Assembly (NCBI GenBank): GCA_035523915.1
Contig: DATKPV010000015.1
Span: forward strand, 35,475 to 99,474
Direction of reading: 5' to 3'
Length of the DNA stretch: 64,000 nt
DNA from: Candidatus Aquilonibacter sp.
GTDB taxonomy: Bacteria; Acidobacteriota; Terriglobia; Terriglobales; Acidobacteriaceae
The notes under the pieces were generated by a model. It ran no database searches, was not told where the DNA came from, and worked only from the letters and a program-made list of their open reading frames with translations. Made by a program: the position numbers and the translations under genes. The first letter of the stretch is position 1; every line of letters begins with the position of its first letter. Shown here piece by piece: positions 19,104 to 27,661 of the stretch.

Positions 19104-19685
19104 ATGTTGAAAGCGTTGCTGATTTTCCTTCTGGCGCTGTCGTCATTGCCCGTGGCGGCACAAGACTTCGCAAGAGCAGAGTTGTTTGGCGGCTATCAAT
19201 ATGTGCACTTCGGCAGCAGCACCAGCGACGGCGTGACCGCCAGCGGTCAAGGCTTCAACGGCTGGAATGTTTCCGTCGCATACAATTTCAAGAAACATCT
19301 GGGAGTTGTGGGCGATCTGGGGGGCAGTTACGCAACCATCAGCGGCATTTCCAATCATTTTTACACTTTCACCGGTGGGCCGCTGGTTTCTTTGAATGCC
19401 GCCGCACGGGTGAATCCGTTTGTCCACGCGTTGCTGGGAGGAGCGCGTGCCAGTGCCTCGGCAACCTCTGCCGGCGTGACGGCTTCGGTCGCCTCGAACG
19501 GCTTCTCGGCCATGTTGGGCGGCGGAGTTGATGCAAGAGTCACCAGAGCCTTCTCGGTCCGCGTGATTCAAGCCGACTGGCTTTACTATCACCTGGGCGG
19601 AATCGCCGGCACCAGTTCGAGCAGCCAAAGCAACAATGTGCGGATTTCCATCGGCCTGGTTTATCGCTTCATACCATTTTCCTAA
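19104..19685 (+). CDS. Small outer-membrane beta-barrel protein (OmpX/OmpA-barrel-like)
   Basis: Signal peptide MLKALLIFLLALSSLPVAAQ, alternating amphipathic strands, and a near-terminal GLVYRF aromatic motif. ATG 19104 has AGGAGA upstream. Confidence 0.6.
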   Translation: MLKALLIFLLALSSLPVAAQDFARAELFGGYQYVHFGSSTSDGVTASGQGFNGWNVSVAYNFKKHLGVVGDLGGSYATISGISNHFYTFTGGPLVSLNAAARVNPFVHALLGGARASASATSAGVTASVASNGFSAMLGGGVDARVTRAFSVRVIQADWLYYHLGGIAGTSSSSQSNNVRISIGLVYRFIPFS

Positions 19686-19728
19686 GCAGTGTCGCGGAAA
19701 GCCGCTCTATCCTGCGTGGTGAAACGGA

Positions 19729-20889
19729 TTGCCAGGCGCTCACAACGACGAGCAGTTTCTGCAGGCGGCGCTCAATCTAGCCCGCCAAAGCATCGGTCTG
19801 GCCTCGCCCAATCCATACGTGGGTGCGATTCTCGTCGACACACGGGGCGAGGTCGTCGGCACGGGGGCCTACACCTATGATGGGCTCAAGCATGCCGAAG
19901 TAAAGGCCATCGAGCAAGCCGGCTCAAACGCACGAGGCGCCACTCTTTACATTAACCTTGAGCCTTGCTCCCATGAGGGTCGCACTCCGCCTTGCGCGGA
20001 TGCCGTAATTGCCGCGGGCATTCGACGCGTTGTGGCGTGCATGCCCGATCCCAATCCGAAGGTCCGCGGACGCGGCTTCGAGAAGCTGCGTGCCGCAGAC
20101 GTGCACGTGGAAGTAGGGCGGCTGGAAGAGCAGGCCCGCCGCTTGAATGAAGCCTTCGCCCGCTACATCCGGCACGGCGTGCCGCTGGTCACCCTGAAAT
20201 CGGCGATGACCCTAGACGGCAAGATCACCCCTCCGACTGAGGCGCCGAGCGCGGCGTTGCACACCCCGCATTCCGGGCGCTGGATCACCGGCGAAGCGGC
20301 CCGCGCTCACGTGCAGCAACTACGCCATCAGCACGACGCGATTCTTGCTGGTATCGGCACGGTTCTCGGCGACAATCCCCTGCTCACCGATCGCAGCGGC
20401 CTTCCACGGCGACGTCCATTGCTGCGCGTGATTCTCGACTCGCATCTGCGTCTGCCCGTCGACTCGTGCCTCGTGCAAAGCAGCGCTCCGGGACGACACG
20501 ATGTTCTCGTCTTTTTTTCTTCCGCCGAGGCCAAAAAGAAAACGCAATTGGAGGAACGAGGAATCCGCCTTGAGTCAGTACCGCCGGGCCCGGATGGGAA
20601 ACTTGACATCCTTGCAGTCCTGCGCCGGCTGGGCGAACTCGAGATCACGACCGTTATGATCGAGGGTGGTTCGAGCGTGAATGCGAGCGCGCTTGCATCT
20701 CAAGTCGTGGACAAGGTTTTCCTGTATTACGCTCCCATCATTCTCGGCGTAACGGGCTCCATCCCCTTTGCCGGCGCCGTGGGCGTTGGCCACATAAGCG
20801 AAGCCGCTCGTCTCACGCATGTGCACCTGCACCGTTTCGGCGAAGACTTCGCCGTCGAGGGCTATCTCCGCGATCCGTACGGAGAATAA
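19729..20889 (+). CDS. ribD: Bifunctional riboflavin biosynthesis protein RibD (pyrimidine deaminase/uracil reductase)
   Basis: Deaminase zinc motifs HAEVKAI and PCSHEGRTPPC, and reductase domain LKSAMTLDGKI. TTG start. Confidence 0.9.
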   Translation: MPGAHNDEQFLQAALNLARQSIGLASPNPYVGAILVDTRGEVVGTGAYTYDGLKHAEVKAIEQAGSNARGATLYINLEPCSHEGRTPPCADAVIAAGIRRVVACMPDPNPKVRGRGFEKLRAADVHVEVGRLEEQARRLNEAFARYIRHGVPLVTLKSAMTLDGKITPPTEAPSAALHTPHSGRWITGEAARAHVQQLRHQHDAILAGIGTVLGDNPLLTDRSGLPRRRPLLRVILDSHLRLPVDSCLVQSSAPGRHDVLVFFSSAEAKKKTQLEERGIRLESVPPGPDGKLDILAVLRRLGELEITTVMIEGGSSVNASALASQVVDKVFLYYAPIILGVTGSIPFAGAVGVGHISEAARLTHVHLHRFGEDFAVEGYLRDPYGE

Positions 20890-20961
20890 AATGCGGGTGT
20901 AGTGACCGAATGACACACGCCGCCGGGGGTAGAATATCCCGTTCTCACCAGGAGGTCATTC

Positions 20962-21606
20962 ATGTTCACCGGCATTGTCGAAGAAGTGGGACGCATCGCC
21001 CGTATCCAGGAGCGCGGGGAAAACCGCCGCATCACCATCGCGGCGAAGAACTCCCCAAGAGAGCTGAAACCCGGCGATAGCGTCTCCGTCAGCGGAGTTT
21101 GTCTGACCGCCCTCGATATTACGCCGGAATCGTTCTGCGCCGATCTCGCGCCCGAAACCTGGGTGCGCACATCATTCTCCCGTATTCACGAAGGCGCCCT
21201 GGTTAACCTGGAATTGCCCATGAAGGCCGACGGGCGATTTGGCGGCCATATCGTGCAAGGCCACGTCGATGGCGTGGGCAAGCTGATCGACTTCGAGCGT
21301 ATCGGCAATTCTGAGAACTGGTGGCTGCACATCGCGCTGCCCCGGGACGTGGAAAAGTACACCGTCTACAAGGGCTCGATCTGTATCGAGGGCATCAGCT
21401 TCACCGTGGCCACGCTGCAGGAGGAACGCTGCACGATCGCCATCATCCCGCATACCGTCGAAGTGACCAATCTCAACTCGCTCAAACCGGGCGACCCGGT
21501 AAATCTGGAAGCCGATCTGATCGCCAAATACGTCGAGAAAATGATGAAAGGCGACTCTTCCGAGAGTTCGTTAACTGTGGAGGAGCTGGTGGGGCAGGGA
21601 TTTTAG
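20962..21606 (+). CDS. ribE: Riboflavin synthase (alpha chain)
   Basis: MFTGIVEEVG start, an internal duplicated lumazine-binding repeat (GDSVSVSGVCLT / GSICIEGISFT), and GGHIVQGHVDG. Confidence 0.9.
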   Translation: MFTGIVEEVGRIARIQERGENRRITIAAKNSPRELKPGDSVSVSGVCLTALDITPESFCADLAPETWVRTSFSRIHEGALVNLELPMKADGRFGGHIVQGHVDGVGKLIDFERIGNSENWWLHIALPRDVEKYTVYKGSICIEGISFTVATLQEERCTIAIIPHTVEVTNLNSLKPGDPVNLEADLIAKYVEKMMKGDSSESSLTVEELVGQGF

Positions 21607-21619
21607 CCGTCGAACGTGC

Positions 21620-21832
21620 ATGTCCACGTCCAGCCCACAATCTGAACCGAAACGGCCTGCCGGTCCCGGGCTGTGTGGAACGTGTACCCACGCGTCACGC
21701 ATCAGCTCTGATCGGGGGTCGACATTCATCCAGTGCCAGCTGTCGTTTGCTGATTCGCGGTTTGCAAAATATCCGCGTTTACCCGTCCATACTTGCTCGG
21801 GTTACGAACAGGTGATCGGCCAACCCGACTGA
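21620..21832 (+). CDS. Small conserved Cys-rich hypothetical protein
   Basis: 70 aa with a CGTC...C...C pattern (LCGTCTHASRI...STFIQCQLS...YPRLPVHTCSGYE). It resembles a widespread small uncharacterised family. It follows ribE by 13 nt. Confidence 0.4.
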   Translation: MSTSSPQSEPKRPAGPGLCGTCTHASRISSDRGSTFIQCQLSFADSRFAKYPRLPVHTCSGYEQVIGQPD

Positions 21833-21839
21833 AACCGAT

Positions 21840-22604
21840 TTACGCCTCGATCTTCAACTCGTCGAGTTCGAGAAACTCCTGCACGATGGGCTCAGGGCAC
21901 TTCTCCAGATCGGCATAGGTACCGAAGAAGATGGCCCGACCCTGGTACAAAAACACGACGCGGTCGGCCAGCTTCTGCGCCAGCCGCATGTCGTGGGTGA
22001 CCACGATGCTGGTCAGCTTCAATTGCGCTTTCAACCGCTTGATCAGATCGCCGAGCAGCTGGGCCATCAGAGGATCGACCATGGTGGTTGGTTCATCGTA
22101 GAGCACGCACTCCGGCCGTGCTGCCAGCGCGCGGGCAATCGCCACCGATCGTTTCATTCCGGTAGAGAGATCGGAAGGCAGCAGATCGCGCATTTCCTGC
22201 ACGCCCACCATTTCGAGCAAACCGTCGACGATCTGATAAATCTGTTCCTCGCTCAGGTCGCGACCTTCGCGCAACGGGAAGGCTACATTTTCCCCAACCG
22301 ATAGAGAGTCAAAGAGCGCCCCGTTCTGAAAGACCATGGTCACTTTCTTGCGGATCAACTCCAGTTGCTCTTCGTTGTAGTCCGTGATGTCCTCGCCGGC
22401 AACAATGACGCGTCCGGCGTCGGGCTTGAGAAAACCCATGATGTGATGCAAAGAGACCGATTTCCCCACGCCGCTGCGTCCCAGAATACAAACAGTTTCG
22501 CCTGGCAGCACGTCGAAGCTCACATGGTCGAGGACGGCTTTGTCGCCAAAGGCCTTTGAGACCTCGCGAAACTCAATGTAGGGATGGATTGTGGCGTCTG
22601 CCAT
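21840..22604 (-). CDS. ABC transporter ATP-binding protein (MlaF/Ttg2A-like)
   Basis: Walker A GRSGVGKS, signature LSTGMKRSVAIARAL, Walker B CVLYDEPTT, H-loop VTHD. Start moved to MADATIHPYIEF (ATG 22604). Confidence 0.85.
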   Translation of the reverse strand: MADATIHPYIEFREVSKAFGDKAVLDHVSFDVLPGETVCILGRSGVGKSVSLHHIMGFLKPDAGRVIVAGEDITDYNEEQLELIRKKVTMVFQNGALFDSLSVGENVAFPLREGRDLSEEQIYQIVDGLLEMVGVQEMRDLLPSDLSTGMKRSVAIARALAARPECVLYDEPTTMVDPLMAQLLGDLIKRLKAQLKLTSIVVTHDMRLAQKLADRVVFLYQGRAIFFGTYADLEKCPEPIVQEFLELDELKIEA

Positions 22605-22608
22605 GACT

Positions 22609-23235
22609 TCAGGAATCTGATCCCTGTTTCCCGCTTTTCGGTTTGGCCGCACAGCTTACATCGTCCGGTGTGTTCAAGTTGCAGAAGACTCGCGGCGAAA
22701 AACCTGCCTCCGCGAGTTCATCTTCGTCAATAGCACGCACCGAAACCTCCTCAAATAGCGGGTCGATTTTGCACCTCGCACAGCTCAGGGCGGATTCTGC
22801 GGGGACGGCAAATTCTTTGCGATAGACAGCGCATAACGGTTGCCATCCGGCATTCGTGTAGGGCACTGTGGCCAGGGCGTGATCTGTGTTGCGTGCGCGG
22901 GTCATCAGAAATTGCAGCAGTGCGAACGAAAGAAACGGCATATCCACCGCAAGGATGAGATTGAGTTCTGTCTCGGAAGCATGCAACGCGGCGTGGATTC
23001 CGCCGAGCGGTCCGCAACCCCGGAAGATATCCTCGACCACAGGAGCAAAGGAGGCGAACTTTGCTGCATCGCCGACGATCTGCACTTCAGGGCTAACCGA
23101 ACGCGCCAGGGCTAAAGCCCGCGCCAGCAGGGTGCGACCTTCAAAATCGAGGAAGGCTTTGTCGCTTCCCATGCGAGAGCTTCGGCCGCCCGCCAGAATG
23201 AAGGCAGACAGGTTGTCGGCCAAGGGTTCCGCCAT
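22609..23235 (-). CDS. mobA: Molybdenum cofactor guanylyltransferase MobA
   Basis: LSAFILAGGRSSRMGSDKAFL (LAGGxSxRMG), GPLGGIHAAL, LAVDMPF. Start set at MAEPLAD (ATG 23235). Confidence 0.8.
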   Translation of the reverse strand: MAEPLADNLSAFILAGGRSSRMGSDKAFLDFEGRTLLARALALARSVSPEVQIVGDAAKFASFAPVVEDIFRGCGPLGGIHAALHASETELNLILAVDMPFLSFALLQFLMTRARNTDHALATVPYTNAGWQPLCAVYRKEFAVPAESALSCARCKIDPLFEEVSVRAIDEDELAEAGFSPRVFCNLNTPDDVSCAAKPKSGKQGSDS

Positions 23236-23401
23236 TGGGCGATCATACACGCCTTTTCTGGCGAGGCAGGTCACTGGTCACCAAAGGCCCTGCCTCGCCG
23301 AAAACATCCACAGGCTAAACGCCTGCAATGAAAAGACTTGCCTCGCCAGCAAGTGGACGACTAACACGAAGGTAACCTATCCAAGGCTGGTAATTCGGGA
23401 G

Positions 23402-23980
23402 ATGATGGGGCGACTCTCGGATGTCCTTCTGCATCCGGTAGTAACCATCATGCCGCAGAAAATCATGGACGTTCTCATGCTTGGTCGTTGTTCTCACGAA
23501 TTTTCCTGGCCGCGGCGTGGCGCTGACGGCGACTATTACCAGGTTTGTCTTCTGTGTGCCGCCGAGTACAAGTACGACTGGACGACCATGCGCCGCACCG
23601 AGCGCGTGGAGCACGCCAAGCCGGAGACCGGACCGCGGCGCAGTCACGCGCGTCAGAAGCGGCCCAGCTGGGTGCCAAGAGCGCGGCGCCTGAAGCTGGA
23701 CTTGCCGCTTCGTTACCGGGTGAACAATACCAGCACCTGGTACGAAGGTACGATCGACAATATCAGCCAGACCGGGGTTCTGTTCCGCGGGCCGCAGCCA
23801 CTGCCGGTGAACGCTCTCATCGAGATGGTGTTCGAGATGCCCGAGGAAATCTCTGGCCGCAAGAACAGCAACGTTCTTTGCCAGGGCCGGATGATTCGCA
23901 CGAACGACAAAGAAACCGAAGAAACGGCTCCCGACGCCGGACTCGCCGCATCCATCGTAGACTACAAGTTTATCCATTAA
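23402..23980 (+). CDS. PilZ-domain protein with N-terminal Cys/His zinc-ribbon-like module
   Basis: C-terminal half carries PilZ-type motifs (RARRLKLDLPLRY ... DNISQTGVLF = D/NxSxxG). The N-terminal part has CSH...YYQVCLLCAAEYKYDW. The supplied ORF (from 22886) runs antisense through mobA, so the start was moved to ATG 23402. In-frame alternatives are 23450 and 23465. Confidence 0.6.
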   Translation: MMGRLSDVLLHPVVTIMPQKIMDVLMLGRCSHEFSWPRRGADGDYYQVCLLCAAEYKYDWTTMRRTERVEHAKPETGPRRSHARQKRPSWVPRARRLKLDLPLRYRVNNTSTWYEGTIDNISQTGVLFRGPQPLPVNALIEMVFEMPEEISGRKNSNVLCQGRMIRTNDKETEETAPDAGLAASIVDYKFIH

Positions 23981-24186
23981 GAGTTTTCAAACTCCCGCAT
24001 AACCACCGGCTGCACCGGGTACTCAGGGGCAGTTCCGGCAAGCTTCCTCTTCGCGCCGTCCGCTCCGGACCCCAGCGCCGTTTGGTTGCGACCTGAGGTT
24101 CAGCAAATACATACACAAACCTCCCGGCAGCATCTAAACTGTAAGTTGGGGTGTGGTCTGCAGAAAAATAACCGAGGAGCCGCATT

Positions 24187-25299
24187 ATGAAGAAGATCCT
24201 CCCGCCTCTTATCGTTATTCTGATTGCAATCCTGGGTGCAGGAATGGGTTGCTCGCGCAAGCCAGATGACGCCAAAATCTCCAGTGTGATTCAGGGCAAG
24301 TTCAGCCAGGACTCCGGCCTCGCCAGCAAGCAACTAACGATTCAGTCCAACGGTGGTGTGGTGACTCTATCGGGAACGGTAGACAACGACGCACAGCGGG
24401 ACGCAGCCGCGAAGCAAGCCGCGTCAGTGGCGGGGGTAAAGGAGGTCGTGAACGATATCGAAGTGGCCTCCTCCGCACCACCCCCAGCCGCCGAGCCTTC
24501 GCAGACAGCGGAAGAAGCCGCGCCACCGGCGAAGACAGCGGAGAAACCTAAACCTGGCAAAAAGGCGCGGCATACTTCTCAGGCCGCCAAGTCCTCCGAG
24601 GGTGAATCTGCTTCTCCTGCGACCACAACGGAAAATTTAGAGCCTCCTGTAGCAGAGGATACTCAATCAGCGGAGCCCGCGCCGGCGCCCGCGCCGGTTT
24701 CCGTTCCAGCACCGGCGCCACCACCGCCCCCTCCGGCGCCTAAGAAAATCACGATCGACCAGGGAACCCAACTAACGGTGCGGCTTGTCGATGGCATTAA
24801 CAGTGAAAAGAACGAAGCTGGACAAACGTTCCATGCCACGCTGAATACGCCACTTGCGGTAAACGGAGAGCAAGTCATCCCGGCGGGCAGTGACGTCACG
24901 GGGCACATCGCGCAGCTGCAGAGCGCCGGAAAGTTCGCCGGGCAGTCGCTGGTCGTGTTGCAGCTCAACAGCATTACTGCCAGCGGGCAGACCTATAACA
25001 TTCAGACCGATCAGTATCGCAAGGAAGGCAGTTCCCGCGGCAAGAATACCGCGGAGAAGGTGGGAGCCGGGGCCGTAGTCGGTGCGGTGTTGGGAGGAAT
25101 TTTTGGTGGAGGCAAAGGCGCGGCGATTGGAAGCGCCGCCGGCGCTGGGGTTGGCGGCGGTGTGCAGGCCGCGAGCAAGAGCCAGCAGATCGATCTCCCC
25201 CCTGAAACCGTGTTGAACTTCACCTTGCAGGCTCCGGTCACTGTCGTGCAGGCGCCGAATCCCAATGCGAATCGGCCAAAATTGAGCGACTCGCAATAG
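24187..25299 (+). CDS. BON-domain lipoprotein with Pro/Ala-rich linker and C-terminal glycine-zipper
   Basis: Lipobox LGAGMGC. BON domain (IQSNGGVVTLSGTVDNDAQRDAAAKQAASVAGVKEVVNDIEV). Low-complexity P/A/E linker. C-terminal GAGAVVGAVLGGIFGGGKGAAIGSAAGAGVGGG. Confidence 0.7.
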   Translation: MKKILPPLIVILIAILGAGMGCSRKPDDAKISSVIQGKFSQDSGLASKQLTIQSNGGVVTLSGTVDNDAQRDAAAKQAASVAGVKEVVNDIEVASSAPPPAAEPSQTAEEAAPPAKTAEKPKPGKKARHTSQAAKSSEGESASPATTTENLEPPVAEDTQSAEPAPAPAPVSVPAPAPPPPPPAPKKITIDQGTQLTVRLVDGINSEKNEAGQTFHATLNTPLAVNGEQVIPAGSDVTGHIAQLQSAGKFAGQSLVVLQLNSITASGQTYNIQTDQYRKEGSSRGKNTAEKVGAGAVVGAVLGGIFGGGKGAAIGSAAGAGVGGGVQAASKSQQIDLPPETVLNFTLQAPVTVVQAPNPNANRPKLSDSQ

Positions 25300-25322
25300 G
25301 CTCACACTCCTGTCGGCCGACG

Positions 25323-25357
25323 CCCAAAATGGGCGGAAATGTTTTCCGCCCATTTTG
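25323..25357. terminator. Strong hairpin after the BON lipoprotein gene, candidate intrinsic terminator
   Basis: AAAATGGGCGGAAA-tg-TTTCCGCCCATTTT: a perfect 14 bp stem with A/T runs on both sides, starting 24 nt after the stop at 25299. Confidence 0.6.
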
Positions 25358-25421
25358 TTCGCTCGGCGGACTAAGCGAATCCGTTTCGCGTACACTTCTC
25401 TCTTTAATCCCTCCAAGCGCC

Positions 25422-25904
25422 ATGCCTGGGTTCACGGTTCTGTTACAAACGGAGAACGACGCTCTGCGTCTGGGACGGGCGCTGGAAATGCTCCTGCCCT
25501 GTGACGAAATTCTGGTTGTCGATCACCACTCCCGCGACGCGACTGAGCGTGTGGCAAGAGAATATGGGGCACGGATTGTGCCGTCAGCCAATCGTCCTGT
25601 AAATCACTATCTTCGTTTTGCCTCTTACGATTGGATTTTCTGCCTGCTGCCGGGCGAGTCGATCACTGAGGGCTTGCAGGCCAGTCTCTATGAGTGGAAG
25701 TTGCTTTCGGTTGAAGCGTTAGAATCCGCCACGGGTTTCTGCGTAGCCGTCAGAGAGGAGACGCCTGAAGGATGGCTGGACCATCCGGCGCCTGAAACTC
25801 GCCTCGTTCCGCGAGAGTGGACGCGTTGGCTCGGGTGGCTCCCCGCCACCGATCCCGACGCCAGAATTCTGGACGGGCCAGTGTTGCGTTTTTCTTCGCC
25901 CTAA
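25422..25904 (+). CDS. Short GT2-like protein with degenerate DxD region
   Basis: FTVLLQTENDALRLGRALEMLLPCDEILVVDHHSRDATERVAREYGARIV is a GT2-type N-terminus. The position usually holding LDADE reads DWIFCLLPGES. Only 160 aa. Start moved past the upstream hairpin to ATG 25422. Confidence 0.5.
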   Translation: MPGFTVLLQTENDALRLGRALEMLLPCDEILVVDHHSRDATERVAREYGARIVPSANRPVNHYLRFASYDWIFCLLPGESITEGLQASLYEWKLLSVEALESATGFCVAVREETPEGWLDHPAPETRLVPREWTRWLGWLPATDPDARILDGPVLRFSSP

Positions 25905-26027
25905 GCGCGCTTGGATCAGGATGATGCATCACAGATTCTTGTGATCGGGGTCACAGTCGGCGCTTGAGGGTGAGCTTAAACTGTCGCGTTGTGGCAGTCC
26001 CGCATTGATCGAGATCAGGAGGAAGCT

Positions 26028-26471
26028 ATGCGTTCCATCAAGATTGGCTGCCTGGCCGTAATCGTCGCAATGTTTTGCATCTTCGCAGGTGGCCAGGACG
26101 AACAGAAAGCGCCCGTAACCGTGAAGCACGTTCCTATCGCGCGAACGTCCGCCACTTCGGGCCAGGAGATGTTCAAGGACTACTGCGCCGTTTGTCACGG
26201 AGCTGACGGCAAAGGCAACGGTCCGGCCGCCTCGGCACTGAAAATGCCTCCCGCGGATCTGACAACGCTGGCTCAAAAGAACGATGGTAAGTATCCGGCA
26301 GCTCATGTGGCTGCGGTCATTCGTGGGCAAGCCACTTTGCCATCTCATGGGAGTCAGGACATGCCGGTCTGGGGACCGCTGTTCTCCAGCATCAGCCAGG
26401 GGCATGAAGCGCAAGTGCAGCAACGAGTTGCGAACCTGGTCGCCTACATCGGGACTCTCCAGGCAAAGTAG
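26028..26471 (+). CDS. Secreted mono-haem c-type cytochrome
   Basis: Signal peptide, haem motif CAVCHG, and a distal Met candidate in QDMPVWG. ATG 26028 is preceded by AGGAGGA. Confidence 0.75.
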   Translation: MRSIKIGCLAVIVAMFCIFAGGQDEQKAPVTVKHVPIARTSATSGQEMFKDYCAVCHGADGKGNGPAASALKMPPADLTTLAQKNDGKYPAAHVAAVIRGQATLPSHGSQDMPVWGPLFSSISQGHEAQVQQRVANLVAYIGTLQAK

Positions 26472-26740
26472 GCTGAACACGGATGGCGGGGCCCCGGGCA
26501 GCGCTCTGGGCCCTGTCGCAACCGCGATTAGAACGCAGTCGTCCCTAGAGCTGGCAAAAGATCGCCGGGCGGGGATTTGCACCAGAGCGATCGGCCATTT
26601 GGCCAGTGACTTCAGTACCTTAGTGCGAGCCGGTTTCGTCCCCTTATAATCCACTCAAGATCAAGGAATAGGCGTTCTCTAAGCAAACGTGTGCCCGGCG
26701 CGCGTGAGGGTATGCGAAGCGGAAGAGCGTCTCAAAACAA

Positions 26741-27661
26741 GTGGATCCGGTTTTCGCATCGGCGATTTTTTTTCTGGGGCTGTCATTCGGCAGCTTTCTG
26801 AACGTGTGTATTTATCGCTTGCCGCTGGGGTTGTCGGTGGTGAAGCCGCGTTCTGCCTGCCCGAAGTGTAAGCATCTGATCGCCTTCTATGACAACCTGC
26901 CGGTGCTGAGCTGGTTGATCCTGCGCGGCCGCTGCCGCTATTGTAAAGCCAGGATATCTCCCCGCTATCTGCTTGTCGAATTGCTGACCGGCGGCCTGTT
27001 CCTGGCGTGCTACGTTTACTTCGGACTCACGGTCGCGATGCTGAAATACTGCGTCTTCGGCTTTCTTCTGCTGGGGTTGATTTTTACCGACGCCGAGACC
27101 AAGCTGCTGCCGAATGCGCTCACCCTCCCCGGTCTCGCACTGGGCGTCCTTTTCAGTCTGGTGGTTCCGGTCCATGATTTGGCTTCGCAGTTTCTTCCCG
27201 GATTTCTGAATTTGCCCTTCAGCGCAGATTTCTCCACTCATTTATTTTCGCTTCTGGATTCCCTGCTGGGCGCTGCGATCGGCGCATCGTTCCTCTACGG
27301 CGTGGGCGCGATCTATTTGCGCTGGCGCGGGATGGAAGGCATGGGCTTCGGCGACGTCAAACTTATGGCGATGGTAGGCGCGTTTCTCGGAATCAAGCTG
27401 ACGATTCTTACCATCTTCGCCGCCTCGATCGCAGGGTCGCTATTCGGTCTGACCACCGTGCTCGTCGTCTGGATCAAACGGACGCACCGCTTCATGCGGA
27501 GTCTGGCCGACGCCCCAGCCGCGCGGCGCCGGGGATGGCAATCGGCGCAAATGGTCTATCGCTTTTACCAGATGCCTTTCGGAGTTTTCCTCGGGAGCAT
27601 GGCAATGTTGGCGCTGTTTTTCGGCCAGCAATTCCTAAGGTGGTACGGGGGGTTGTGGTGA
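26741..27661 (+). CDS. pilD: Prepilin peptidase / N-methyltransferase (peptidase A24, PilD-like)
   Basis: FLNVCIYRLP, Cys4 motif CPKCKH...CRYCKARI, and catalytic Asp regions FTDAETKLLPN and GFGDVKLMAMVGAFLG. GTG start. Confidence 0.85.
   Translation: MDPVFASAIFFLGLSFGSFLNVCIYRLPLGLSVVKPRSACPKCKHLIAFYDNLPVLSWLILRGRCRYCKARISPRYLLVELLTGGLFLACYVYFGLTVAMLKYCVFGFLLLGLIFTDAETKLLPNALTLPGLALGVLFSLVVPVHDLASQFLPGFLNLPFSADFSTHLFSLLDSLLGAAIGASFLYGVGAIYLRWRGMEGMGFGDVKLMAMVGAFLGIKLTILTIFAASIAGSLFGLTTVLVVWIKRTHRFMRSLADAPAARRRGWQSAQMVYRFYQMPFGVFLGSMAMLALFFGQQFLRWYGGLW

Noticed and set aside
19686-19728. Expected FMN riboswitch upstream of ribD.
   Set aside because: The gap is only 43 nt, far too short for an FMN aptamer, and no conserved FMN-element segments were seen.
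24650-24745. Repetitive GC-rich DNA (GCGCCGGCGCCCGCGCCGG...) considered as a tandem-repeat or CRISPR-like element.
   Set aside because: It is in frame within the BON lipoprotein gene and encodes a PAPAPVSVPAPAPPPPPPAP linker. There is no repeat-spacer periodicity.
26472-26740. TATAAT at about 26644 and a possible small RNA or tRNA in the 269 nt gap upstream of pilD.
   Set aside because: The best -35 candidate (TTAGTG) is 19 nt away. No cloverleaf or strong conserved-looking structure was found.
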